Source of the DNA: Octopus vulgaris
Lineage: Eukaryota
DNA: 64,000 nt
Direction: 5' to 3'
Assembly: GCA_951406725.2 (NCBI GenBank)
Contig: OX597817.1
Coordinates: forward strand, 30,504,001-30,568,000
Shown: positions 42,001 through 55,637 of the stretch, piece after piece
Position numbering within the stretch: position 1 is the first letter of the stretch
How the letters are laid out: each line of letters starts with the position of its first letter
Translations under genes and position numbers: made by a program
The notes under the pieces: model-generated
Told to the model about the DNA's origin: nothing
The model's input: the letters and a program-made list of their open reading frames with translations, nothing else
The model's database searches: none

Positions 42001-42321
42001 GTTAATGTACTCTAAGTAAAAAGCTGTAATAGATTTATAGCAAGTAACATCTAGAAATGAAAAGAATTTAAAAGAAAAACAACAGAAAGTCAAAATTAAA
42101 CAATTAATTTGAAGTAATAAAATCAAGTAACTCCATTTACTTTAATGAGTCAGTGAGATAAGTATTAATGACTGAAAATTAGAGTAACACCTTTTGTTAA
42201 GAGGTAACACTCGAGCTAAGTGCTCAGTGCAGCAAGCACTCTATACTAAATTAATTTTTATTATAACCTGAAAAGATCTGTCTTTGAGGTGACAGAAATA
42301 GTAGAATGCTAGATTAATATT

Positions 42322-42990
42322 GGCTTCAATTTTTGGCACAAAGCCAGCAATTTTGGGGAGGGGAGAGTAAGTCGACTACATCGACCCCAGTATTCATCTG
42401 GTATGTATTTTATCGACCTCCCAAAAGGATAAAAGCTTAAGCTGACCTCAGCAGAATTTGAACTCAGAATGTTAAGATGGATGAAATACCACTAAGCACT
42501 TTGCTCAACATGCTAACCATTCTTGTTTCTTTTTTGCCCACAAGGGGCTAAACACAGAAGAGACAAACAAGGACAGACAAAGGGATTAAGTCAATTACAT
42601 CGACCCCAGTGTGTGACTGGTACTTAATCTATCTACCCCGAAAGAATGAAAGGCAAAGTTGACCTTGGCAGAATTTGAACTTGGAACATAACGGCAGATG
42701 AAATACCACTAAGCATTTCACCCGGCATGCTAACCATTCTGCCAGCTCACTGCCAAAAATGCTCAATTAATATTATTTACTGTATTTAGCTTCATCTTCC
42801 TTTGTTTTGAATTCAAATTCTGCAAGGTTCCATTTTACTTTGGCCAGTAGTTTTAGGGAGAGGTTTTTGTTAATTACATGGATACAAGGATTTGACTGGT
42901 ACTTTATTTTATTGAAACTGAAAGAACGAAAAACAAAGTTGACCGTGACAGAATTTACACTTAAAACATAAATTGCTGGAGCAAATGCCA
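42322..42990 (-). mobile_element. Cluster of SINE family C copies (42322-42520, 42525-42754, fragments to 42990)
   Basis: Repeated tcgaccccag...gaatttgaactcag...accactaagca blocks. Confidence 0.82.
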
Positions 42991-43257
42991 CTGAACTGTG
43001 CTGATCCAATTGACTTTATATATCTCCTAAAATTGTGCCACAATCCTTCACCTAAGTTTCTTTTAAGCATTAAATTTTAACGAAATACTTCACTCATTTT
43101 ATATATAGTAAACAAACGAGACACTTTGTGATTACTTGACATGCTATAAAATACAGTCAAGTATTCCTCAAATCACACACTACAATTTTTAAAATGTATG
43201 GTCACATTGGACAGTAGATAGAATGATCACAGCAGGAATGCCTTTGACCAATCAGAA

Positions 43258-43625
43258 TTTGTTGGCACTCCATCGGTTACGACGACGAGGGTTCCAGTTG
43301 ATCTGATCAACCAAACAGCCTGCTCCTGAAATTAATGTGCAAGTGGTTGAGTACTCCATAGACACGTGTACCCTTAACATAGTTCTTGCGGTGGTTCAGC
43401 ATGACACAGAGTGTGACAAGGCTGGCCCTTTGAAACAGAAAGAAAGAGTGAGAGAAAGTTGTGGTAAAAGAGTACAGCATGGTTCACCACCACCTCCTAC
43501 CGGAGCCTCGTGGAGCTTTAGGTGTTTTCGCTCAATAAACACTCACAACGCCCGGTCTGGAAATCGAAACCACGATCCTACAACTGCAAGTCCGCTGCCC
43601 TAACCACTGGGCCATTGCGCCTCCA
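43258..43625 (-). mobile_element. tRNA-derived SINE (family B-like head, different tail)
   Basis: Minus-strand head tggaggcgcaatggcccagtggttagggc...gtttcgattt. Confidence 0.82.
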
Positions 43626-44235
43626 TATCCAATCAGAAGTAACATCCAATCAGAGACTAAATAACAACTACCACCTTAATATACATAATAGATTCTGCAA
43701 GTGAAATACAATTTCATGTTGCCATTGCTTGTGTTACATTTACTTTATTGTTATTCACCTAATTGATCTTATTTTTGTTATAGTTTTCCTGAGATGTGAA
43801 AACTGCAGCACAAAATGCATAGCTTCAAGGGTGACTGGTAGAATGTTCTCTACTGTGTGATCAGCATTGAGTGTCAAGTATCTCATGCAAGTTTGTTTTT
43901 ATTAACTTCTGTTTGATTTTAACCATCCATGGTTTTAGTTATATTCTGAGATTTAATTGCTTGAATCATATATGTGTCTGATAGGTTTGTTGTATTGTTC
44001 TGTAAATATGATTTTCAATAAGAACTACAATATAAATACGTGTTCTGTACATAAGATAAATTGATATTATAGACAAATACTGACTGTTAAGGTATCAGTT
44101 GAGGAAACACTCATCTTATATGCTATGTAAATCTAAAAAGTAGACTGTATGTAAGAGAATGAGAAACTGACGAATTGCTTTTAAATGTAGTTAAAGAATA
44201 TGTTGTGTAACATAATGACAGTGTTAGAATACATA

Positions 44236-44468
44236 TTTCTTTACTACCCACCAGGGGCTAAACATAGAGGGGACAAACAAGGACAGACAAACGGATTAAG
44301 TCGATTACATCGATCCCAGTGCAAAACTGGTAATTTATTTATCGACCCCGAAAGGATGAAAGGCAATGTCGACCTCAGCGGAATTTGAACTCAGAACGTA
44401 ATGACAGACGAAATACCACTAATGCATGCATGCCTGGCGCGCTGTACGTTTCTGCCAGCTCGCCGCCT
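44236..44468 (-). mobile_element. SINE family C (full length)
   Basis: Minus-strand head ggcggcgagctggcagaaacg; near-identical to 54616-54840. Confidence 0.9.
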
Positions 44469-44861
44469 TTACAGAATGACAGTGTTAGAATATAATGTAC
44501 AAAGTGTGTGTCAAGATTATAGTTGATGTTTGGTCCTAAGTTAGTCTTATTTGAGCAAACTTATGAATATCAACATTCCAGCTGTCATGTTTCTGTCTTT
44601 ATATTTATTTACAGCTACATTGTTTGATATTGCCCCTGTTATTCTTTTAAAGTGGTTGAGTATAACCTCAGGAATATTTGGTTATTATTTCTTGCAGGTC
44701 AAATGACCACTTAGAATTTTCAGGTTCATGTTGAACTGATCAATGATGAATGATAAGAATGAAAATATAAAAGAAAAACAATATAAAGAATTAGGGATAA
44801 ACATGAAAAGTTTGCACCAGTATAGTTTGAACAGGGAAGAAATAAACTCAGTTTTTGTTTG

Positions 44862-45156
44862 TTCCTTCTCGAGCCACACCTGGCTCATAAGGGCCAGTTT
44901 TCCAGTTTCCTTGGCATATAGGTTCCCCACCTGGACGGGACACCGGTCTGTCGCAGGTGAGCTGCAAGATGCAGGAGGAAAGAGAGAGAGAAAGTTGTGG
45001 CAAAAGAGTCAGCAGAAGTTCACCATTACCTTCTGCCAGAGCCGTGTGGAGCTTAGGTGTTTCGCTCATAAACACACACATCGCCCAGTCTGAGATTTGA
45101 ACCCATGATCCCTCGACTGCGAGGTCACTGCTCTAACCACTAGGCCATGTGTCTCA
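44862..45156 (-). mobile_element. SINE family B variant
   Basis: Head similar to 43258-43625, tail similar to 37114-37360. Confidence 0.82.
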
Positions 45157-45597
45157 ACAAACAAACTCAGTACTGTTTATCAATCAGTCGTATTCTCTAC
45201 CATCCACATAAATTCAATTTATTATATTAGCAAGAATCTTGGGAGATTTAAAAACAGGAATTTCAAAACAAGTAGATATTAATGTCTATCTTGCTCCCAT
45301 TATAGGTATAAAGGAATTAATTCTGTCAGAAACTGAAATAAATTCACTACTGCACTTCTGTCACTACCACCACCACTACCACATTATATTAATTTCAATT
45401 AAGAGCAAATTTCTCAGCTAATGTCACATCAACAGATTGTATTCTTAATGGATACAATCCTACAGCTGAGTGCACCCTAAGGCTGAAGGGACGAGTGAGA
45501 GAGAAATAGACATCATTTTTATAAAGCCATACCTTTACTTTGTTGGGTATGTTATAATAACTAAAATTCTGATCATGGTGTCTTAATAATTAAGTTG

Positions 45598-45952
45598 TTG
45601 GCATCCTTTTTGTCTCAAGAGACAATGGAGTTGCGCATAAAATAATCTAGTCTGGCTTTTACATTTCATGTCCTAATACATCTGCTGTGGCTGTGTAGTC
45701 CTATCCTGGACAAACACTTCCTCTGGCAGGTGCTGCAAATGTTGCAAAGACTTTGCCTGGCTAGTTGTAATGTCATAGTTTATTGTTGACGTCTTTTCTT
45801 GTCTTTCCATTTCTCCTCTCTCCCTCTCTCTGTCACTGGGGGGCACTAGGTCTGTAGGAAGACCGTTCTTACGATACAAGGATGTTTGCAAAAGGGACAT
45901 AAAGGCCTGTGACATCAATATTAGCAACTGGGAAGCAGTTGCCAGCAACCGT
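45598..45952 (-). mobile_element. RTE/BovB-type LINE 3' end with inverted 5' segment
   Basis: Minus strand CQRKCLSRIGLHSHSR plus a ccattgtctcttgagacaaaaaggatgcc end; plus strand 45832-45952 GTRSVGRPFLRYKDVCKRDIKACDINISNWEAVASNR. Confidence 0.8.
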
Positions 45953-46077
45953 GGAAATAATTAAGTAACTGAAGGTTAATTACAAACTGAAATGAAACTT
46001 CTACTCAACAGATTCATTGACTTATGTAAAATATCTATCAACGGTTGCTCATGAGGTAAGAATATGGTTGGTATCAG

Positions 46078-46128
<51 letters not shown>

Positions 46129-47199
46129 TGTATGGTTTTTTTTTTTTTTTTTTTTTGCTAATATCAAAGAAAATACAATAAAGTTCCATAAGTGTCCATT
46201 TTCTAGCTAGGTATTGTAATGCGTAAAATGGCAGTATTTTGCAGCTTGAACTCTTGAACTGCGGCTTAAATAATCTTCCTATTGTAAAATGGCTCAAGAT
46301 AAGATAAACATAAAGACACTAAATGTTTTGACATTTACTGCCATTCTGGATCAGTTTCCTGATTGATAGCATTGGTTCAGTGATTGAAGATATCCTCTGG
46401 CACAGAAGAGCATTGCGGAATGTTGATCTCAGAGATTCTTTATTACTATGTATATAACATCATACGGATAATACTAGTTGAAGTTAATTGCTTCAAACTA
46501 CATACAGACGCAGATATATGCATACATATATGTATATATAATGTATATAATATATATCTGAATATATATGTGCATATAAACACTATATATATATTTATGT
46601 TGTATATATATATAATATAAATATAAATATATATATATATGTATACTTTTACATACATATGTACACACACACACACACTTATATGTATATTTATCTATGT
46701 ATATGTTTGCATGTATGTATAAATATATATGTGTATGTATGCATGTATGTATGTATGTATGTATGTATGTATGTATATATGTATGTATGTATGTTTGTGT
46801 GTGTGTATGTATGTATGTATGTATAGAGAGAAAACAAGTTTATTTGACTGTGTCTGTTTGGCTCTGTGTGTGTATGTATATATAAGTGTGTCTACGTGTA
46901 TCTTTCTGTGCTTAGGTTTTTCTTGCAAAAAATATATATCAAAGCAGTACCTAAGCATTTGAGGTGAGCGTGTAGACCATGACGTACTAGGATTACAAAG
47001 CTAGCAGACACAAGTGCGTGTGCATGCATACACACATACACACACATACACTTGCACACACACACACACACACACACAGACATACACACACACATCTGTA
47101 TATAGGTATTTAGATTTCGAAGCCAACTCATAATCTGCGGAGTTTAGTGATCAGAAATCATTGTCATAAAATGTCTTAATGAACAGATACAAAGCTTAA

Positions 47200-47263
<64 letters not shown>

Positions 47264-47519
47264 ATAATATTTGCATCTTCTTTTGCTCTTTTTCCAAACC
47301 CAAAATATATATTGTTTGCTTATTCTTTATATTCTTTACCAAATGAAGCAACTCATATTGAATCAGAAAGTAAGTTTATTTCTTTTGATTTATTACCATT
47401 TCATCGTTCCATAGATTGGTTCTGGATATCATTTGTTCCTAAATTCACTTGGGCATATTTATCGTTTTGATGAAGCAACTTTTATTTCTCTTTTCTTTCT
47501 TCCTTCTAGTCTTATATAA

Positions 47520-47578
<59 letters not shown>

Positions 47579-47601
47579 CATACATACATATATATATATA
47601 T

Positions 47602-47709
<108 letters not shown>

Positions 47710-48017
47710 TCCTTTCCTTTCTTATATTTATCTATGTAGCTATTAAGCATATGATGTATGTTTGTGTGTTCTTGCGTTGGCTGTATGTGTGTGTGTGTAT
47801 GTGTCTGTAGGCATGTATGCGTATGGGTGTTTGTGCAAGACATAACTATTATTCTCATTACAAGTGAAAAATGAATAATCCTCTCATTTTTCAATTAGTA
47901 TATGATTGTTCAGTCACCATAAAATGATGTAAAGTAAATAAGGGGTGAACATAGAGAAAATAAAACAAGCACACACATATATACATACATAGATAGATGT
48001 GTATACATATACAGATG

Positions 48018-48072
<55 letters not shown>

Positions 48073-48278
48073 GTATATGTATGTATGTATGTAATTATAT
48101 ATGCATATATATACATATATATACACATATATAATATGTAATATATAATATTTCATTTTACTATATATACTATTTATACTATATATTCTATATTCTACAT
48201 TAATATTATAAAGAATATAAATAAAACATAAAAAACAGATAGAGTTGGAATTCCTTTGAATAATATATATACATATAC

Positions 48279-48312
<34 letters not shown>

Positions 48313-48389
48313 GCTTATATATATGTGTGTGTATATGTATATATATATACACATACGTATGTACAACTGTGCTTAAAATAATTCTATTT

Positions 48390-48705
48390 GAGGTGTTGTG
48401 GAGAGAAGACAGGAGAAAACTTAATCTTATCTCATAAAAATTTTCATGTTTTATCTGAAATGGTGAAATGAATATGGACTCGCTCAGATATTTGTTTTAA
48501 TTGTTGAAAGAAGCAAAAATGTTACTAATTGATACCCTTCTTAATACTGACCACACACTCATACATTTTTGTAGGATAGCTACTATTTAGTTTGCTGGTA
48601 TTTACTGAATATATATTTTAATCTATAAAAGCACCAACCGATCGTGGCCGTTTGCCAGCCTCCTCTAGCCCCTGTGCCGGTGGCACATAAAAAACAACCA
48701 ATACA
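48390..48705. repeat. Left arm of a ~315-bp inverted duplication (partner 49851-50165)
   Basis: Base-by-base reverse-complement match with few mismatches. Confidence 0.92.
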
Positions 48706-48870
48706 CTCACGGAGTGATTGGCGTTAGGAAAGAAAACCAGGTGTAGAAATACTGCCAGATCAAACTGGAGCCTTGTGCAGCCTCCTGGCTTCCCAGAGCC
48801 TGGTCGAACCGTCCAACCCATGCTAGCATGGAAAACGGACGTTAAACAATGATGATGATGATGATGATGA
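48627..48870 (+). mobile_element. RTE 3' UTR copy
   Basis: Homologous to 52380-52631. Confidence 0.85.
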
Positions 48871-48952
48871 GAACAAAATTATATCTTTGATATGGCTTCT
48901 TTTATTCTGTTTTGTGTCAGTACTCTATTGGATCCACATATTTTGTGTTAGA

Positions 48953-49124
48953 AGGCACAGATGTGGTAATGTAGTTGAAAAACTTGCTTTCAAACTATGT
49001 AGTTAGTGTTAGATCAAGTTTCACTGCACTGAACCTTCGGTATATATCTTCTACTATAGCCTCAGGTTGACCAAAGCCTTGTGAGTGGATTTGGTAGATG
49101 GAAATTGAAAGAAGCCCATCATAT

Positions 49125-49160
<36 letters not shown>

Positions 49161-49553
49161 TATGTCTTTATTGCCCCATAGGGGGCTAAACATAGAGGGG
49201 ACAAACAAGGACAGACAAAGGGAGTAAGTGGATTACATCAGCCCCAGTGCATAACTGGTACTTATTAAATCGACCCCAAAAGGATGAAAGGCAAAAGTTG
49301 ACCTCAGCGGAATTTGAACTCAGAACGTAATGGCAGATGAAGTACTGCTAAGCATTTTACCCAGCTTCCTAATGTTTCATCATCATCATCATCATCCATA
49401 TTTAATGCATGTTTTTCATGCTGGCATGGATTTGACAGGAATTGGCGAGGTCAGGAGCCACACCATGGTCCATAGTCTGTTTTGGCTGGGTTTGTACAGG
49501 TGGATGTCCTTCCTAACACCAACAACTTTACAGAGTGTAGCGCATGCTTTTTA
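48953..49553. mobile_element. Adjacent fragments: SINE A head (+, 48953-49123), SINE C (-, 49168-49365), RTE tail (-, 49378-49553)
   Basis: Homology to the copies listed above. Confidence 0.8.
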
Positions 49554-49850
49554 CATTTCAGTATGTATACGGTTATGTGCATATCCCTTTGTCTTGACAC
49601 CATGCAATGATTAAAAATAAGCGCCACTGTCATACAGGTAATGTTATTCATTTCCACTCTTCCATGTAAAACCTAACTGGTCATGTGAAAATATTACCTT
49701 GTCTGTAGAAAGTTAAATTCTGGTGACAGGAAGGGCATTTAGCCATAGAAAATCTGTCTCAAACAAACTATGTCTGTCCCATACAATCATGGAGAAGTGA
49801 ATTTTAATGATAATAACAAAAGATACACTGGAATGTCAGAGTCCATTTCT

Positions 49851-50165
49851 TGTAGTGGGTGTTTTTTATGTGCCACTGGCACAGGGGCTAGAGGAGGCTG
49901 GCAAACGGCCACAATCGGTTGGTGCTTTTATAGATTAAAATATATATTCAGTAAATACCAGCAAACTAAATAGTAGCTATCCTACAAAAATGTATGAGTG
50001 TGTGGTCAGTATTAAGAAGGGTATCAATTAGTAACTTTTTTGCTCTTTCAACAATTAAAACAAATATCTGAGCGAGTCCATATTCATTTCACCATTTCAG
50101 ATAAAACATGAAAATTTTTATGAGATAAGATTAAGTTTTCTCCTGTCTTCTCTCTAAAACACCTC
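49851..50165. repeat. Right arm of the inverted duplication of 48390-48705
   Basis: Reverse-complement match. Confidence 0.92.
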
Positions 50166-50682
50166 TTCCCATGGAATGTTTGAGTGGTAAATTTAATCCA
50201 TCAACCAGCTAACATCACCTCCCAATAACTTAGGTGTCTTTAATAAAGTCCACTCCATTGCTAACATTAGCTGGTCTCCATTTTCAAGATAACTTTTTTC
50301 CTCTTTCCCACTAATCTTACAAACCCTGTAATGTGATCCCTGTCTTAACCTCCTAATTAAAATCTCATAAACAACATTACAAACTCATTGGAATTCACAA
50401 CCTTTGCTCTGTAATAAGCTTTCATACAGATCACAACCAGTTTGCTCAGACTATATTTATATGATGTTTATATAAGGTAAATGGTAATTACATGATGTTT
50501 TTCGAAACTCTATAAAAAATAAAACATAAACTTAACATCTATGAGGATATTAACATCAAGTATCTTAGGCAAATATTAAGCTAAATATTAGCAAAAGCAA
50601 AATTATCTATATTCTGAAAAATGTAAGCAAGATATAAAATTAGGAAACAAATTATTAAATGAATAAGGTTTTTCATTATAAG

Positions 50683-51324
50683 ATCATCATCATCATCATC
50701 ATCATCATCATCGTTTAACGTCCGCTTTCCATGCTAGCATGTGTTGGATGGTGTGACTGAGGACTGGCAATCCAGATGGCTGCACCAGGCTCCATTCTGA
50801 TCTGGCAGAGTTTCTACTGTTGGATGCCCTTCCTGACACCAACCACTCTGAAAGTATAGTGGGTGTTTCTACGTGCCACCGGCATGAGGGCCAGTCAAGT
50901 GGTACAGGCAACAACCATGCTCAAATGGTATTTTTTATGTGCCACCTGTACAGGAGCCAGTCCAGTGGCACTGGCAATGACCATGCTTGAATGTTGTCTT
51001 TCATGTGCCACCGGCACATGTTCCAGTAAGGTGAAATTGGTAATGATCACACTCGAATGGTGCTTTTTACATACCACTGGCACTGAAGCCAGTCAGTGGC
51101 CCTGGCAACAATCACACTTAGATGGTGCTCTTAGTGTTTCACTAGCACAGATGCCAGTCAAGCAGTGTTGTCATCGAATTTCATTTCGATTTCACTTGTC
51201 TAAACAGGTCTTCACAAGCAGAGTTTAGTGTCCAATGAAGGAAAGGTATGCATAAGTGGGCTGGTTACACCACTGGCATAGGCCACGGGTTATGGTCTCA
51301 CTTGGCTTGCCAGGTCTTCTCACA
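50683..51324 (-). mobile_element. RTE 3' region with hairpin-unit array
   Basis: (CAT)n followed by the reverse complement of 18720-19224. Confidence 0.85.
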
Positions 51325-51673
51325 AATTCACTGCTAGTATCACATGGTTTTATTTTTTTGGTTGGTGGGGTTATCTTCTTTTTCAGAAAATAGGAGGAAA
51401 TGAATTGGGAATGTTCATCATCATCATTTAACATCCGTTTTCCATGCTGGCATGGGTTGGATAGTTCGATAGGAACTAGCAAGGTACAAAGTTCCAAAGT
51501 CAGTTTTGACTTGGTTTCTATGACTGGATGTCTTTCCTCATGGCAATCACTTAACATAGTATACTGGGTGCTTTTTACATGGCACCAGCACCATTGCTTA
51601 AAACATGGCAGCATCACCAGTGCTTTTTACTGATTACGTTTTAATGTTAGTAAAGAAATACTTCCTTCCTATA

Positions 51674-52085
51674 GGCACAAGAGTGGCTGTGTGGTAAGTA
51701 GCTTGCTTACCAGCCACATGGTTCCAGGTTCAGTTCCACTGCGTTGGCACCTTGGGCAAGTGTCTTCTACTATAGCCTTGGGCCAACAAAGCCTTGTGAG
51801 TGGATTTGGTAGACGGAAACTGAAAGAAGCCCGTCATATATATGTATATGTATATATATATGTGTGTGTGTTGGTATGTGTGTGTTTGTCCCCCCCCCAA
51901 CATTGCTTGACAACCGATGCTGGTGTGTTTACATCCCCATAACTTAGTGGTTCAGCAAAAGTGACCGATAGAATAAGTACTAGGCTTACAAAAAATAAGT
52001 CCTGGGGTCCATTTGCTCAACCAAAGGCAGTGCTCCAGCATAGCCACAGTCAAATGACTGAAACAAGTAAACAAGTAAAAGAGTA
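51674..52085 (+). mobile_element. SINE family A
   Basis: Homologous to 7242-7646. Confidence 0.9.
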
Positions 52086-52195
52086 CCAATTACAACCAAA
52101 AAAAAACCAGAGATACTTTATATTATGACTGTTTTATTAGGAGACTCAGTAATAGGAAATCTATACACATTTTAAATTTTACATAAATATAAAGA

Positions 52196-52631
52196 AATCA
52201 GAATCAAAATCGAAATCGATCAACATCAATGGAAATTGTAGCCGTGATACCAGTGCTGGTGGCACGTAAGTGAACCATCCGAACGTGACTGTTGGCAACG
52301 GGCCTCTGTGCCGGTGGCACGTAAAAGGCACCATCCTATCATGGCCGTTGCCAGCCTCGCCTGGCCCCCGTGCCAGTGGCACGTAAAAAGCACCATCCGA
52401 CCGTGGCCGTTTGCCAGCCCCGTCTGGCACCTGTGCCGGTGGCACGTAAAAAGCACCTACTACACTCACGGAGTGGTTGGCGTTAGGAAGGCCATCCAGC
52501 CGTAGAAACACTGCCAGATCAGACTGGGCCTGGTGCAGCCTTTTGGCTTCCTAGACCCCAGTTGAACCGTCCAACCCATGCTAGCATGGAAAGCGGACGC
52601 TAAATGATGATGATGATGATGATGATGATGA
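52196..52631 (+). mobile_element. RTE 3' UTR copy (young, four hairpin units)
   Basis: GTGCCGGTGGCACGTAAAAAGCACC units; (GAT)n tail. Confidence 0.88.
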
Positions 52632-52816
52632 TAAAGAGCAGTTCTAACATTTCTGAAAATGGTCAATATGACAGGTTGTTTGATTTTACAGTTCCTGTTT
52701 AACTAGAGGTCAGCACTGACTGAGCAGACCAATGATCAAAGACATTTCAGATATGAGCATGTAATCATTTTTCAAGCTCTGTGTATCTGGGGCTACATAA
52801 TAATCATAATAATCAT

Positions 52817-53256
52817 ATGGGGCATGACCTTGCAGGTGGGACCCAATTAGAATTTTCTTCAGGTCAAGTAGCCCATTCCACTCAAAAGGGCCCTGAATAA
52901 GGGTTGTTTAAGGATGTTGAACAAACCACCCATGTTTCCAAAGGTGAATTATCCAAACCTCCAAGAATCCCTCTCAACACATGGCTATGATGCTCCCCCA
53001 CTACTTCTGCTCATGATCAGAGATGCACATATCGTCAGCCACTAAGGGACATGCTCAACTGGTTAAGATCAAACAACTGGCAAGCAAATCTGTGGTATTG
53101 AGCAGAATATTTGCTGTAGCCCATCTTTTACACCAAGACAAAACAATGTACATGATAACACTTCCAATCAGTTAAGATCACAAGCCATGAAAGCCACTGC
53201 CTGGTACTGCATCAGGGAATTTATTATTATTACTATTATTATTATCATCATCATCA

Positions 53257-53293
<37 letters not shown>

Positions 53294-53302
53294 CATTATT
53301 AT
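52817..53302 (+). mobile_element. Retroposon 3' portion ending in a (TTA)n tail
   Basis: GC-richer block ending gggaatt(tatt)n; family not identified. Confidence 0.5.
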
Positions 53303-53714
53303 TCAGTAGTATATTTTTTATATCGTCCTTTCACTTCACTACCGAGCGCAGCTCTGTGTGCCTTGGGTATGTGCTGTGATTTGTTGTGATGCTCCGATGG
53401 TTATTGTATGGAAAGTGTTCTGCGTAGGATGTGTGCAGTGCCTAGTAGTGCAATTTTCTGTATGTTATATGTGTTTGTAAGTCCTGGTGTTTTTGTTATG
53501 TATTTGTCTGAATATTTTTTTATCATGCCTAATGCACCTACTATGATAGGAATTGTTTCTGTTTTTAGATTCCACATTCTGGTTACCTCTATTTCCAGGT
53601 CTTTGTATTTTGAAAGTTTCTCCATTTCTTTTAGAGACATGTCATCTGCCAGTATTGATACATCAATTAGAAAGCATTTTTTCCTTCATGACCTCTGACA
53701 ACTATATCTGGTCT
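53303..53714 (-). mobile_element. R4/Dong-like non-LTR retrotransposon 3' fragment (RLE endonuclease), copy 1
   Basis: RPDIVV...CFLIDVS...EKLSKYKDLEIEVTRMW...IPIIVGALG...IQKIALLGTAHILRRTL (PD-(D/E)xK RLE); flanked by (TAA)n. Confidence 0.88.
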
Positions 53715-53721
53715 GTTATTA

Positions 53722-53755
<34 letters not shown>

Positions 53756-53757
<2 letters not shown>

Positions 53758-54272
53758 TATGTTTGACTTTTGCTTTATATTTGTACAAGTTGGCTCCAAG
53801 TCTCACCCAGAGACCTCAAGAGACAACAGGGTTGGAAGTTCATGTTGTTGTTATGCCTAGTGTGCCATATATTTGGGGGGTGGGGATGTTGTACTCATGA
53901 ATGTCTAAAAAAAAAAAAAGTTTTTTTTTTTTTTTTTTTAAACCGAAAATTATGTTTGTTTTAAACCTTGAGATTACATAGAGAGTATTTTGCGTAGGAT
54001 ATGAGCAGTTCCCTTGAGCACTATCTTTTGAACTTCTGCCATTTTTGGGTTTCCTGGTATCTGAGTTAGGTAGCTATCAGCCCCTTTTGCTATCATTCCC
54101 AGGGCACCTATGACAACAGGTATTGTTTTAGTCTTCAGCTTCCACATTTTGCTGATTTCTATTTCAAGATCTTTATATTTGCTCAGTTTTTGGTAGGTCT
54201 TGACAGATACGTTTATATCGATTGGGACAGTCATATCAATGAGGAGGCATGTTCTTTGTTTGAAGTCTTTCA
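53756..54272 (-). mobile_element. R4/Dong-like RLE 3' fragment, copy 2 (different subfamily)
   Basis: CLLIDMTVPIDINVSVKTYQKLSKYKDLEIEISKMW...IPVVIGALG...VQKIVLKGTAHILRKIL; flanked by (TAA)n. Confidence 0.88.
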
Positions 54273-54273
54273 A

Positions 54274-54330
<57 letters not shown>

Positions 54331-54615
54331 CATTATTATTATTATCATTATTATTATTATGTGGGCTGATTGAACCATTAGAGTATCAGAAAGAATATCC
54401 TGTGACATATGTTCCAACTCTTTACGTTCTGTGTTCATATTCCATTGAGATCAACTTTGCATTTTATTCCTTTGGGATCATTAAAATAAATTACTAGTGA
54501 AGTACTGTGGGTGGATGGTATTGACTAATTCCCACCCTCATAATTGCTGGCCTTCTATATAAGTGTGTGGGCATGCATGCATGCACATGTGTGTGTTACT
54601 GCTGGCAAACATGTG

Positions 54616-54840
54616 TTTCTTTATTACCCACAAGGGGCTAAACATAGAGGGGACAAACAAGGACAGACAAACGAATTAAGTCGATTACATCGACCCCAGT
54701 ACGTAACTTGTACTTAATTTATCGACCCCGAAAGGATGAAAGGCAAAGTCGACCTCGGCGGAATTTGAAATCAGAACGTAGCGGCAGACGAAATACGGCT
54801 ACGCATTTCGCCCAGCGTGCTAACGTTTCTGCCAGCTCGC
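54616..54840 (-). mobile_element. SINE family C
   Basis: Near-identical to 44236-44468. Confidence 0.9.
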
Positions 54841-55515
54841 TGATAGGGAGCTGGACTTCAAGGAAAAACATCAGCATTTTATATTAATCATGAGCTTTGC
54901 GTTTTGTCTATAGTGAAAGAAATATAACATCCAACGCCCCAGACTGCATAGCTGTTAATAGGCTCCTAAAAGCAATATTCATCATCGTAAGTAAAAGAAA
55001 GCCCGAGATTAAGAATTTTCTTATTGGCTTGCAGTGCTGACTTTAATTTCTGCTGCTCTAAGTATAGCCTAAAGGGGTCATGTGCACCAACTTGATGAAC
55101 TGTGTTAGAAACATTACAAGCTGGTAAGGTGTTCTGCATTGCACCTTATCACCATTCTGCAGTGACTCGATCAATGGGTTATGAAAATCCCCACCAACAC
55201 CATTTACACATTTGCACGCATTAAATATCTATGTGTGTAAATATGTATGCATGCATGTACGCATGTATCTATGCATGTCTATGTACATATTTATGTATGC
55301 ATGTTTATATATATATATACACACACATATGTTTAAATATATGTGTGTGTGTGTGTGTATATACATATATATACACACATATACATATATATATATATAT
55401 ATATATGTATAGATATATATATATATATATCATATATATATGTATATATATGTATACACACATACACACACACACATATATATATACATATATATATACA
55501 TACATACATATATAC

Positions 55516-55580
<65 letters not shown>

Positions 55581-55592
55581 TGTATGTGTCTG

Positions 55593-55637
<45 letters not shown>

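Noticed and set aside
47108-47160. Minus-strand CTGATCA...CGAAA hammerhead-like pattern
   Set aside because: G8 altered, stem III not palindromic, stem I weak
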